64,000 bases of DNA, taken from assembly GCA_030694425.1 (NCBI GenBank), contig JAUXYI010000079.1, forward strand, positions 59,577-123,576. The letters run 5' to 3'. Below, piece by piece: positions 50,658 through 60,613 of the stretch (positions are counted from its first letter, which is position 1; each line of letters begins with the position of its first letter). The notes below the pieces were generated by a model. The model was not told the DNA's origin, made no database searches, and saw only the letters and a program-made list of their open reading frames with translations. Origin of the DNA: Thermodesulfovibrionia bacterium (GTDB lineage Bacteria; Nitrospirota; Thermodesulfovibrionia; UBA6902; BMS3Bbin08). A program made the position numbers and the translations under genes.

Positions 50658-52778
50658 ATGAGTAAACACTCAATATTATTAAAAGACCTCAACCCGCAGC
50701 AAAGAGACGCTGTTCTTCACACCGAAGGACCGTTACTCGTGCTTGCAGGCGCAGGAAGCGGTAAAACAAAGGTAATCACATACAGGTTTGCCTACATCGG
50801 CACCGCACTTAAGGTTCCTCCGACTTCTATACTTACCATGACTTTTACCAATAAAGCCGCTGAAGAGATGAAGCAAAGGATAGAGAGCCTTATAAATAAA
50901 AGCGTTAAAGGATTGTGGATTGGCACCTTTCATTCCATGTGCAACAGGATTTTGAGGAGGGAGATTGAAAAATTAGGTTTTAAAAGAGATTTTACAATTT
51001 ATGATGAAAACGACTCGTGCAGTCTCATCCGTTCTATTTTAAAGGAATTCAGAATTCATGAAGCGCTTTATAAAGGGATTTCCTCAAAAATAACTTCTCT
51101 TAAGGCATCTTTAACCGGGCCCAAAGAATTCCTTGTTATGACCAATAATGATGCAGATAATTATGGTTTTGACGAAAAATTTGCAAGGGTCTATGTAAGG
51201 TATCAGGAAGATTTGAAAAAAAATAATGCCCTTGATTTTGACGACCTCATAATGCATACAGTTAAACTTTTTGAGGGGAATCCCGCTGTTCTTAAAAAAT
51301 ATCACGATGAATTCGTATATATGATGCTCGATGAATTTCAGGACACAAACGCAGCCCAGTACAGGCTTTCCAGACTTCTTGCAGGTACACGCAACAATAT
51401 CTGCGTTGTTGGAGACGACGACCAGAGCATTTACAGGTTCAGGGGCGCTGATGTTAAAAACATACTGAACTTTGAAAAAGATTTTCCAAAGACGAAAATA
51501 GTCAGACTCGAGCAGAACTACAGGTCCACGCAGAATATCCTTGATGCTGCAGGCGGCATTATTTCACAGAATCCCTTGAGAAAACCCAAGAAGCTCTGGA
51601 GCGAAAAGGGCGAAGGCGAGAAAATTTTCTATTGCAATACTGATGATGAGAAAGAAGAAGCAAGATATATTGCAAAATCCATAAGAGGGCTCTTTCTTAA
51701 GGGAAAACATACATATAGCGATTTTGCAGTCCTTTACAGGGTAAATCTCCAGTCAAGAGGTTTAGAAGAGGCGATGAGAGAGTTCAGCTTGCCTTATAAA
51801 GTGTTTGGTGGAATCAGCTTTTACCAAAGAAAAGAAATAAAAGATATTATCTCTTATCTAAAGGTTGTTACCAACACGCATGATTCTATAAGTCTCAAAA
51901 GGGTCATTAACTGTCCGCCAAGGGGAATTGGCGCCGCCACCCTTACCCGGATAGAGAATGAAGCCAGGAAAAAAGACAAAAGCCTTTTCGAGACAATGAA
52001 ACAGATAGCAAACGGCAATGGAACAGCTACAGGAGCAAAGGGTAAAGTCAGCGGTTTTGTCAGGCTTATAGAAGAATTGGCAAACAGTAAAAGCGCCGAT
52101 GCTGCCAGCCTCTTAAAACAGATTATTGAAAAGACCGAATATCTGAAGTGGATTGGAGAAGATAGGGCCGACAACGTTATGGAACTTATTGACTCTGCTG
52201 AAGGGAAGGACTTACAGAGTTTTATTGACACAGCGGCCCTCTATAGCAATATGGATGAGCCCCAAAAAGGCGATTTTATTTCTCTTATGACGCTTCATAG
52301 TGCAAAAGGTCTTGAATTCCCGGTAGTATTTATTACAGGAGTTGAGGACGGGCTGCTTCCCCATTTCCACGCAGCTAAAAATCCTGAAGAGCTTCAGGAA
52401 GAGCGCAGACTTTTCTATGTAGGCATGACAAGGGCAAAAGATTTGCTTGTTCTTTCAGCGGCAAGAAAAAGAAAACTTTATTCCTTAATACAAAAACAAG
52501 AGCCGTCAAGGTTTCTTAGTGAGATACCAGAAGGGTGTTGCTATTACATCGAGAAAAGACCAATAAGAGAAATGATCCCCTCTCCTGTAAAGATGCCAAT
52601 GCCTGTTGTTGATTCTGACTTTTTTTCTACAGGCTCAAGGGTAAAACATCCTAAATGGGGAATGGGCGTCGTGCGCGACTGTTACGGTGAAACCGACGAC
52701 TTAAAGGTTATGGTAAACTTCCCGTCTATAGGCATAAAAAGGCTTTCGCTGAAACTCGCCCACTTAGAGAAACTATAA
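50658..52778 (+). CDS. pcrA: UvrD/PcrA SF1 helicase
   Basis: AGAGSGKT, DEFQD, GDDDQS, EERRLFYVGMTRA, C-terminal Tudor-like domain. Confidence 0.92.
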   Translation: MSKHSILLKDLNPQQRDAVLHTEGPLLVLAGAGSGKTKVITYRFAYIGTALKVPPTSILTMTFTNKAAEEMKQRIESLINKSVKGLWIGTFHSMCNRILRREIEKLGFKRDFTIYDENDSCSLIRSILKEFRIHEALYKGISSKITSLKASLTGPKEFLVMTNNDADNYGFDEKFARVYVRYQEDLKKNNALDFDDLIMHTVKLFEGNPAVLKKYHDEFVYMMLDEFQDTNAAQYRLSRLLAGTRNNICVVGDDDQSIYRFRGADVKNILNFEKDFPKTKIVRLEQNYRSTQNILDAAGGIISQNPLRKPKKLWSEKGEGEKIFYCNTDDEKEEARYIAKSIRGLFLKGKHTYSDFAVLYRVNLQSRGLEEAMREFSLPYKVFGGISFYQRKEIKDIISYLKVVTNTHDSISLKRVINCPPRGIGAATLTRIENEARKKDKSLFETMKQIANGNGTATGAKGKVSGFVRLIEELANSKSADAASLLKQIIEKTEYLKWIGEDRADNVMELIDSAEGKDLQSFIDTAALYSNMDEPQKGDFISLMTLHSAKGLEFPVVFITGVEDGLLPHFHAAKNPEELQEERRLFYVGMTRAKDLLVLSAARKRKLYSLIQKQEPSRFLSEIPEGCCYYIEKRPIREMIPSPVKMPMPVVDSDFFSTGSRVKHPKWGMGVVRDCYGETDDLKVMVNFPSIGIKRLSLKLAHLEKL

Positions 52779-53051
52779 ATGAAAATAGACCATATCGCAA
52801 TGCTTGCAAGACTTGAACTTACAAACGAAGAAAAAGAAATTTTTTCTAAACAGTTAAGCAGCATTATAGAATACATAGACAAACTGAATGAATTAGATAC
52901 GACCAGTATTGACCCCACTGCCCACGTCCTCCCCATTAAAAATATTTTCAGGGACGATAAGCTAAAACCATCTCTGCCCAAAGACAAAGCCCTCCAGAAT
53001 GCTCCCGGCAGGACAGATGATTTTTACAGAGTGCCGAAGATAATAGAATGA
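52779..53051 (+). CDS. gatC: Asp/Glu-tRNA amidotransferase subunit C
   Basis: HIAMLARL, FRDD, NAP..FYRVPKIIE. Confidence 0.93.
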   Translation: MKIDHIAMLARLELTNEEKEIFSKQLSSIIEYIDKLNELDTTSIDPTAHVLPIKNIFRDDKLKPSLPKDKALQNAPGRTDDFYRVPKIIE

Positions 53052-53054
53052 CAG

Positions 53055-53152
53055 AAGTTAAGAGTTTGGAGTTAAGAGTTAAGAGTTATAAGAGAGAACT
53101 TAAAAGTATTTTCAAACTATTCACTATTCACTATTCACTGCTTGCTATTCAC
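53055..53152. repeat. Period-7 tandem repeats (GAGTTAA then CTATTCA units)
   Basis: Direct reading of heptad arrays between gatC and panD. Confidence 0.7.
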
Positions 53153-53163
53153 TGGTGGTTTTT

Positions 53164-53511
53164 ATGTTAAGGTGCATGCTCAGGGCAAAGATACACATGG
53201 CTACAGTTACGGATTCCAACATCAATTACGAGGGAAGCTTGACCGTTGATGAGACAATACTCAATGCCGTCGGCATCAAGCCCTATGAGCAGGTTATGGT
53301 CAGCAACCTTAATAATGGAGAGCGGTTTGAGACCTATGTAATCCCAGGAGAAAAAAATTCTGGAATTATCTGTCTTAACGGTCCTACTGCAAGAAAAGGC
53401 GCAATAGGGGATAAGATTATAATTTTCTGCTATGAATATTATACAGAAGATGAATTAAAGGACTTTTCTCCCCGGATTGTCAAACTTGACGAGAGAAATA
53501 GGATTGTTTAG
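53164..53511 (+). CDS. panD: Aspartate 1-decarboxylase
   Basis: KIH, YEGS autocleavage site, RFETY, CLNG. Confidence 0.96.
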   Translation: MLRCMLRAKIHMATVTDSNINYEGSLTVDETILNAVGIKPYEQVMVSNLNNGERFETYVIPGEKNSGIICLNGPTARKGAIGDKIIIFCYEYYTEDELKDFSPRIVKLDERNRIV

Positions 53512-53726
53512 TTAACAATTTCAGACAGTGGTTCTACCTTAATAAAAAGAATCTCAGAATCTCCTAAAATCAACATTTCTCAAATATTTTTCTTGCATCA
53601 TAGTAAATATTGCTATAAATTTTAGCTTTATATCGTAAAATTTACAGGACACGCTCTGGTCTTGAACTTGACTTGCTTTTAGGTACTGAAAAATGTTTTA
53701 TAGGGGGAAAAGGCAAGAGGGGATTA

Positions 53727-53755
53727 TTGACTATTGGTAACGTTTGTGTTACTAT
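53727..53755 (+). promoter_or_regulatory. Sigma70 promoter with palindromic operator for the TA operon
   Basis: TTGACT-17 bp-TACTAT with GTAAC-N6-GTTAC between the boxes; ATG about 10 bp downstream. Confidence 0.7.
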
Positions 53756-53764
53756 TAATTTGTA

Positions 53765-54097
53765 ATGGAAAAAATTAAGATAGTTGAGTATTTGAAAGAT
53801 GGGGTATCTATTTTTGAAAAATGGTTTAACAGTCTGGATGCCCGTACAGCAGCCAAGGCAACCACGGCTTTATACAGACTGCAGCAAGGTAATTTTTCAA
53901 ATGTAAAATCTGTCGGGAAAGGTGTCTCCGAATACAAGATTGATTTTGGTCCAGGCTATAGGATTTATTTTGGTCAAGAAGGCTCTTATCTGATTATCTT
54001 GCTTGGAGGAGGCTCAAAGAAAACACAGAGCAAAGATATTAGAAAAGCCCATTTGCTTTGGGCGCAATACAAGATGGATAAGAAATTAAAAAAATAA
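53765..54097 (+). CDS. RelE/HigB-like type II toxin (addiction module killer)
   Basis: GNF..VK.VG.GV.E.KIDFGPGYRIYF, LLGGG.K..Q..DI. Confidence 0.9.
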   Translation: MEKIKIVEYLKDGVSIFEKWFNSLDARTAAKATTALYRLQQGNFSNVKSVGKGVSEYKIDFGPGYRIYFGQEGSYLIILLGGGSKKTQSKDIRKAHLLWAQYKMDKKLKK

Positions 54098-54106
54098 GGA
54101 GGTAAT

Positions 54107-54433
54107 ATGCCTGTTACACGTAAATTTCGTAAAACAATTTTAAGCCGTGCTGAGCGTGACGCTGAATTCAGAAGACATATGTTAACAGAGGCGGTCAACG
54201 AGCTGCTCTCAGGAGACCTTGATGCCGGCAAAGCGATTCTCCGGGATTATATTAACGCAACCATCACATTTCAGGGTCTCGCCAAAAAACTTGATAAATC
54301 AAGCAAAAGCATCCATCGTATGCTCGGGCCGACTGGAAATCCGAGAGCTGAGAATATTCTTGAGATAATTAAGATTCTTCAGGCGTACGAACACGTAAAA
54401 CTGCATGTTAAGGCAAACAAACTGGCTGCTTAA
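54107..54433 (+). CDS. HTH antitoxin of the adjacent toxin
   Basis: LRDYINAT..SIHRML...GNP motif; follows the toxin. Confidence 0.85.
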   Translation: MPVTRKFRKTILSRAERDAEFRRHMLTEAVNELLSGDLDAGKAILRDYINATITFQGLAKKLDKSSKSIHRMLGPTGNPRAENILEIIKILQAYEHVKLHVKANKLAA

Positions 54434-54468
54434 TAGCAAAAATTCTTACCATTTTATGCTGCTGGATT

Positions 54469-54532
54469 TTTGCTCTTTTGGACTTTGGCACTGTGGCACT
54501 TCTGCACTTCTGCGCTATTGCACTTTTGCCCT
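54469..54532. repeat. Period-8 degenerate tandem repeat, 8 units
   Basis: tttgctct tttggact ttggcact gtggcact tctgcact tctgcgct attgcact tttgccct. Confidence 0.75.
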
Positions 54533-54842
54533 TATCGTGTGGGCTTCTGGCCTGGATTTTAGCTTAACCAATTGCATTTAGGGGATAATTAATCACTCCA
54601 AATTTGCATATAATTGCCTGATTTCTGCTCATTCGGATGTTTTATGTTATGAGTAACTAAGTATGGTGTCCCCAGAACTTCAGGTAAAACTGATAACTGT
54701 TTTTTTGCATCCTGATATTTTTTGCTACAAATCTAAAAGTATTTTGTTCCTCCCGAAGTTTTCAAAATTAAAATATGCTATTCTATTTTAAATTACTCTA
54801 TGTTAATTAGTGATGATATATCTAAAATAAAGGAAAATTATT

Positions 54843-57239
54843 TTGATAACCAATCAACAGTTCACTTTTAAAACTTTATCGTTGTCTGCAAGACCGGCAC
54901 GAGTTGTTGTACTTATTAACAATGATGACAAAGACTGGCAAGATATAATTCTTCACGTTATTGAATGGAACAGTAATTGTTGGGGAGGAGCTTATCATTT
55001 AATTGTGCCAACAGACGGCAATAAAATAGACGAAGAGTTTTGGTTATTAATGCAGAGATTTGACCCGGATTATATTTATTACTATAAAAAAACTATGATG
55101 GATTTTAAACTTTTAGCCCCACGTGAATATAAAGACTCGTTGCAAAATAATACTGATGAGTTTATTAAGGAGAATCCTGAATCAGACCCTAAACAAGTCA
55201 AGGATGATATAGATAAGCAAGCTGAATCCATCAATATTGACAAATTTCATATTTCCCAAGACCTTGAATTGGAATTAAAAAATAGATTAAATCCATTTGA
55301 AGAACCTATTCATCAGATAGGAGCTATAAGTGGTGTAAGTTTTCCACTTACAGCATTGAGTACTGCATTTAAAGGAATAACCATTCGCCAAAGTATTTTA
55401 TCTCCTTACATAGAGGCATCAAAAGAATTAGCTTTATGTCTTTACAGTATTGTGGGCAAAGTAGATAAATTATTTAGAGGTGAAACAATTTTGCTTTCTG
55501 AATATGATATTACTCCTCATTTCTGGAATGCAGATAATATACATGAATTTATTCAAAGTGCATTGAAGAAAAAAGAAGATTATTGGAAGATGCCCTTCCC
55601 AAAGACAATGGTAGGAATGGCTTTTTATTCTTCTAACTTTGATTCTCAAATAAAGCCAGTAATAATTCTTGGAGATACCATTAAAGATTTTTGTCTATAC
55701 TATAACCTTTCAAGGTTGAATCTCAATACTTACTGGTTACCAAAGAAATTACTAGAAGCATACGTTAAAGAATCATCTAAAAAAAATATAAAAGTATTGT
55801 TTGAGGGTGAAACTTCGTATGTTTATTGGTTAAAAGATTTAATTGAAAATGTCCTCAGGTCGAAATCAGAAAAGAAATTTTATCTTTATAGCACTTCTTC
55901 TGAAGATGCAGATTTTGATTTAGTAAAAAGAGCATTCAATGAAGCAACTCTTATCATAAGTGATAAACCTATAAGTGATTATATTGAAATTCAAACTGAT
56001 ATTGAGAAGCTACTTCAGGGACGAGTAAAAGTTTTAGAGGAGGATGTACCAAAAAAAAATTACGTTGAACAGTTTTACCAAGGAGAAAGTATCAATGTTC
56101 TAAATACTCCGATACCTAAAAAGTTTCCTAAAATTCCTCCGCATAATCATAATTGGATTGCTGACGTCTTAATTGAGAATTATCTGCCACCTCAGATAAA
56201 AAGTCTTGGAGCAAAAGCAATTATTCATAAAAATTATAATAACGATGTAATACGAGTAAGTTCAGAAGGTTTTTCTTATTTTTGTCCGCATTTTGCTTAT
56301 TTCTCAGGCTGGGGAGGAATTGAAAATATCCTTGTAAGACCTAAGTTGAGGTTATTTGAAGATTTTATAATTATTGAAGAGCTTTTTAAAGAAAAGAATT
56401 ATCATGTTAAATACTCGGATAAAGGTGATTATCATAGGGAAATGTGTTTAAAATTTGGAGGCTTTGATAAGTTATCAGATTTCTTAAATGAGGGAAAAAA
56501 GAGAACCTTGCTTTTGAAGTATTGCGATGGAAACGAAAGCAAAGAAGGGGAAGGCACTTTTTTACAGAATGAGCGGAGAAGATATTTGTGGTTTGATGAG
56601 ATAGAAAAAATACTTCAAGCAGATACAAGAAACACAATAGATTACCTACTGGAGAGGGAAATACTTTACAGGGGATTTATTTTTAAATGTCAAAAATGTA
56701 GATATGATGCTTGGTATCCAATAGAAGAAGTAACAAGTAAATTTAGATGTTCGAGGTGTAGGACAGAACAGATTTTTAAGCCTGAACATTGGAAAATACC
56801 ACATAACGAGCCACGATGGTACTACAAATTAGATGAAGTGGTGTTTCAAGGGATAAGACATAATAATTATATTCCTATCCTTACAATAAGAAAATTGAAA
56901 AAATTATCTAAATATGGATTTCACTATGTTCCCGAGATTGAAATAAGAAAAGACCCAATGACTGAAAAACCCGACCTTGAAATAGATTTTGTAGTTATTA
57001 TTGATGGTAAAATTTATTTTGGTGAAGCCACAAAAGAAGATAAATTAGAAAAAGATACTTCCAAGGAGCAAGAAAAGCTTACTAAACTAAAGAATATTGC
57101 TATAGCGGTTCAAGCAAAAAAGATAATTTTGGCAACTTTCTCTGATGAATGGAGTGAAGGGACAAAAAACAATATAGAAAAAACATTTGGCCAAACAGTT
57201 TGTTTGCCGCTAACTTTTGCTAGGGGAGATTTGCTTTAA
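54843..57239 (+). CDS. 798-aa hypothetical protein with C4 Zn ribbon and C-terminal PD-(D/E)xK-like nuclease motif
   Basis: CQKC..CSRC; EIDFVVIIDGKIYFGEATK; visibly more AT-rich than the core genes. Confidence 0.7.
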   Translation: MITNQQFTFKTLSLSARPARVVVLINNDDKDWQDIILHVIEWNSNCWGGAYHLIVPTDGNKIDEEFWLLMQRFDPDYIYYYKKTMMDFKLLAPREYKDSLQNNTDEFIKENPESDPKQVKDDIDKQAESINIDKFHISQDLELELKNRLNPFEEPIHQIGAISGVSFPLTALSTAFKGITIRQSILSPYIEASKELALCLYSIVGKVDKLFRGETILLSEYDITPHFWNADNIHEFIQSALKKKEDYWKMPFPKTMVGMAFYSSNFDSQIKPVIILGDTIKDFCLYYNLSRLNLNTYWLPKKLLEAYVKESSKKNIKVLFEGETSYVYWLKDLIENVLRSKSEKKFYLYSTSSEDADFDLVKRAFNEATLIISDKPISDYIEIQTDIEKLLQGRVKVLEEDVPKKNYVEQFYQGESINVLNTPIPKKFPKIPPHNHNWIADVLIENYLPPQIKSLGAKAIIHKNYNNDVIRVSSEGFSYFCPHFAYFSGWGGIENILVRPKLRLFEDFIIIEELFKEKNYHVKYSDKGDYHREMCLKFGGFDKLSDFLNEGKKRTLLLKYCDGNESKEGEGTFLQNERRRYLWFDEIEKILQADTRNTIDYLLEREILYRGFIFKCQKCRYDAWYPIEEVTSKFRCSRCRTEQIFKPEHWKIPHNEPRWYYKLDEVVFQGIRHNNYIPILTIRKLKKLSKYGFHYVPEIEIRKDPMTEKPDLEIDFVVIIDGKIYFGEATKEDKLEKDTSKEQEKLTKLKNIAIAVQAKKIILATFSDEWSEGTKNNIEKTFGQTVCLPLTFARGDLL

Positions 57240-57303
57240 TTAACATTTCAGGAAAGGCAGAGGGACACTTACCATATTTTCTTCCCCGGCAATCCTCCAA
57301 ATC

Positions 57304-57587
57304 TTAAGCCTTCTTGGGTTCAAGTTTTATGACAATCTGTGCGTCAAGGGCATTGGCAATCTTCTTAAGAGTGGAAAGTTTGGGCAATCCGTGGGTGAGT
57401 CTTCGATTCTGGAAATGGTGGATTGCGGCATTCCTGCTTTTTTGGCTACTTCCTCCTGAGTCATCTTTTTCTTTAACCTCTGTTCAATGATGCTCTTGGC
57501 AAGCTTGTATTCAGGAATGAGTTTTTCATATTCTTCCTTGACTCTTTTATCCTTCAAAAGCTCCTTTCTATGTTCCCTGTAAGTCAT
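57304..57587 (-). pseudogene. XRE/HigA-like HTH antitoxin with a 1-bp frameshift
   Basis: QEEVAKKAGMPQSTISRIE; adding one G near 57401 restores GLTHGLPKLSTLKKIANALDA...KA* ending at 57304. Confidence 0.75.
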
Positions 57588-57591
57588 TTTG

Positions 57592-57780
57592 TTACCTCCG
57601 TCTTGAAAGATAATCGTTCATCCTTTTTAAAGCAGTCTCTATCTCCCCTCTGGGAGTTTTTTCGGTCTTTTTTGTGAAGCCATGCAATAAGACAAACTTT
57701 CTGCCTGTGAATGTAAAATAAAGAATTCTATGAATATTTGTTTTGTCCTTAATCCTTATCTCAAAAAGTTTCTTTGTCCC
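57592..57780 (-). pseudogene. C-terminal half of a Gp49/RelE-like toxin
   Basis: LFEIRI..HRILYF..FVLLHGFTKKT.KTP..EI..A..RM; no start codon; abuts a TATAGCA-N4-TGCTATA operator. Confidence 0.8.
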
Positions 57781-57962
57781 TATATAGCATTATTGCTATA
57801 AAATCAATATAAAAAACAGCGACTATTTTGTGATGGTCTCACGATTTTTTACTCGCAGAGAAACAAAAAATTACCCCTGCCTTTGATAACTTCACAAAAC
57901 ACGTTTTTGAAAGTCTTGAAGCCCCTTGCAGTAAGACAAACTTTATAGTATCCTAAACACTA

Positions 57963-58904
57963 ATGGCGTTTTTTAATTATACAGCAAAGGAAATAACCCT
58001 CAAGGTTGTATATTACGGACCTGGCTTTTCCGGCAAGACAACAAACCTGCAGCAGCTCCACTCTATTTTGCCATCCGACAAAAGGGGAAAACTCATTTCC
58101 CTGGCAACAGAGGCTGACAGAACCCTTTTCTTTGATTTCCTTCCGGTAGACTTCGGAAAGATTAGAGATTTTAACATAAGATTTCAGCTTTATACTGTCC
58201 CCGGACAGGTAAGATACAATGCAACAAGACGCCTTGTGCTTAAAGGCGCTGATGCAGTAGTTTTTGTGGCCGATTCTCAAAGGGAGATGAAAGAGCAGAA
58301 TATTGAGAGTTTTAATAATATGATGGGAAACCTCATTGCAAATGATTTAGACCCGGAAGATACGCCATTTGTACTTCAATACAATAAAAGGGACCTTCAA
58401 AATATCATGAGCGCAGAAGAACTTAATGCTGATTTAAATAAAAACAACGTTCCTTTTTTTGAGGCAATTGCTGCAGAAGCTAAAGGGGTTCAAGAGACTT
58501 TTAAAAAAATAACAACTAATTTGCTTAAGCACATGGAACAAAAACATAAATTAGATATAGAATACCCTGCAGTAGAACCAGCGCAACCTGTTTTTGAGAA
58601 GCCTATGTCCAAGCCTTCTGTTTTTGAGTCTCACAGGCTGGACATCTCTCCCCCCCCTATCAGGATTTCTCAGCCTGTAAAACGCACTAAGGCTGAAGAG
58701 CCATTTACACGAGCCTCTTATTCCGAAGACCTCTCAGGGCTTGTGCAGGCAATCTTTGGCTTAAAAAATGTTATGTCAGAGATAAACAGCACACTCAAAG
58801 AAATGCAGAGAAAACAGGATGGAATCCAGAAGGAACTATTTGAATTCAGACAGATATTCTCAGAAGAAAAAAAGAAAAAAAGGATAAGAAGGTTTTTCTC
58901 ATAG
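57963..58904 (+). CDS. MglA-family small GTPase with a long C-terminal extension
   Basis: YYGPGFSGKTTNL, RTLFFDF, TVPGQV, NKRD. Confidence 0.88.
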   Translation: MAFFNYTAKEITLKVVYYGPGFSGKTTNLQQLHSILPSDKRGKLISLATEADRTLFFDFLPVDFGKIRDFNIRFQLYTVPGQVRYNATRRLVLKGADAVVFVADSQREMKEQNIESFNNMMGNLIANDLDPEDTPFVLQYNKRDLQNIMSAEELNADLNKNNVPFFEAIAAEAKGVQETFKKITTNLLKHMEQKHKLDIEYPAVEPAQPVFEKPMSKPSVFESHRLDISPPPIRISQPVKRTKAEEPFTRASYSEDLSGLVQAIFGLKNVMSEINSTLKEMQRKQDGIQKELFEFRQIFSEEKKKKRIRRFFS

Positions 58905-58907
58905 CTA

Positions 58908-60392
58908 TCACAACATTTCAAGTGTTTTTATAAGTGCCTCTGCTTTTTTCAAGGTCTCAAAATATTCCTTTTCCGGCTCAGAATCTGCAACAATTCCTGC
59001 CCCTGCCTGCACATAAGCAATGCCATTTTTTACAACAAATGTCCTTATGATAATATTTAAATCCATTGCTCCTGCGAAACTAATATAACCGAGAGATCCC
59101 GTGTACGGCCCTCTTGCTACAGGTTCAAGTTCATCAATTATCTCCATACACCTTACTTTTGGAACGCCTGTTATTGTACCGCCGGGGAAAGCAGCCCTTA
59201 TTGCATCAAAACGGGTTTTATTTTTCGCAACCCTGCCTTTAATATTTGACACAATATGAATGACATGAGAATAATCCTCTGTTATCATGAATTCATCAAC
59301 AAATACGGACCCGTAGTCAGAGATTTTACCAAGGTCATTCCGCTCAAGGTCTATCAACATCAAGTGTTCAGCCCGCTCCTTTTCATTAAGCAGCAAATCT
59401 TCTCTCATTTCCTTATCGCCCCTGGCATCCATACCCCTCGGCCTCGTTCCTGCGATTGGTCTTGTTTCTACTGTGTCTCCGGTAAACAGCAATAATCTTT
59501 CAGGAGAAGAACTCACGATTTGATAATCTCCCATATCCAGATATGCTGCAAAAGGAGAAGGATTTATCATGCTTAATGTTTTATAAATCTCCCATTGCTC
59601 TGTATTCCCGATGCTGGCAGAGACCCTCTGAGAAAGGTTTGCCTGAAATATATCGCCTGCTTTTATGTATTCCTTTGTCCTTTTAACGATATTCATATAT
59701 TCATCTTTACTCATCTCCTGCTGTATCCTGACCGGCCTTTTAAATCCTGCGGAATTTTTTGTATTTTTTTGACTTTTTGAATTTATCTTCATGAAAAGCT
59801 CTTTAATTTTTTCACATGCATTATCATAATAGATGCCATAGTCTTTTTCAGGCAGCCGCGCAGTAAAATCCCCTTCGCTTATACCGGGGCAGGAAATAAT
59901 AAATGTTTTTTTGTTTTTATGGTCAAATGCGATAAAAGTATCAACCAGCAGAAAATGTGCATCAGGTATCTGAAGGTCATCAATGACTGTTCTTGGCAGC
60001 CGTTCAAGGTAATGGACAAAATCATAACTGATAATGCCCACGGCGCCGCCTAAAAAAGGCGGGAGATTTTCTAACGGTTTTATTTTATAGGATGCAAGCA
60101 GTTCGTTTAATCTTTTTAAAGGCGCTGCAGAGGAAAGAATCTTTTTGCCATTAGATTCTAATTCAACAGTGTTGTTCTTTACCTTTAAGATTGAAAATGG
60201 TTTTGCCCCTGCAAATGAATATCTTGCGATTTTTTCAGGACCCTTTATACTCTCAAGAAGGAAACTATAAGGGCATTTTATTAATTCATAAATTTGCTGA
60301 GGAGAGGCAAACGGCAATTCTGTATAGACTGGATATATGTTACCTTTTTTTGCGTCTTCTATGAAATTATCTCTGGAGGGATGTATAACCAT
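58908..60392 (-). CDS. Anthranilate synthase component I / PabB family protein
   Basis: LLES, SSPE, PIAGTRPR, EHLMLIDLERND, GAGIVADS. Confidence 0.92.
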   Translation of the reverse strand: MVIHPSRDNFIEDAKKGNIYPVYTELPFASPQQIYELIKCPYSFLLESIKGPEKIARYSFAGAKPFSILKVKNNTVELESNGKKILSSAAPLKRLNELLASYKIKPLENLPPFLGGAVGIISYDFVHYLERLPRTVIDDLQIPDAHFLLVDTFIAFDHKNKKTFIISCPGISEGDFTARLPEKDYGIYYDNACEKIKELFMKINSKSQKNTKNSAGFKRPVRIQQEMSKDEYMNIVKRTKEYIKAGDIFQANLSQRVSASIGNTEQWEIYKTLSMINPSPFAAYLDMGDYQIVSSSPERLLLFTGDTVETRPIAGTRPRGMDARGDKEMREDLLLNEKERAEHLMLIDLERNDLGKISDYGSVFVDEFMITEDYSHVIHIVSNIKGRVAKNKTRFDAIRAAFPGGTITGVPKVRCMEIIDELEPVARGPYTGSLGYISFAGAMDLNIIIRTFVVKNGIAYVQAGAGIVADSEPEKEYFETLKKAEALIKTLEML

Positions 60393-60426
60393 AAGAGAGA
60401 AGTTAAAGGTTATAAGTTAAAAGTTA

Positions 60427-60594
60427 CTAAGAAGACCATAAGTAAGAGCACATTGCTTTTTCCGTCATTCCCGCAGTCCTTAAGCGGGAATCCAGTATTT
60501 TCTTTGGTTTTCCTGGATTCCTGCTGGAGTTTATCCCGTGCTTCATACGGGGCAGGAATGACCGCTTATGAGGTTTTACTAATGGACTCATTAG
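60427..60594. mobile_element. MITE-like element with TA flanks and REP cargo
   Basis: CTAAGAAGACCATAAGTAAGA vs reverse complement CTAATGAGTCCATTAGTAAAA (16/21); internal GTCATTCCCGC..CTGGATTCC..GGAATGAC. Confidence 0.55.
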
Positions 60595-60613
60595 TAAGAA
60601 AAGAATTTTTTTC

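Noticed and set aside
54600-54660. Integron attC site
   Set aside because: Only weak core-site resemblance, no convincing internal palindrome and no integron integrase
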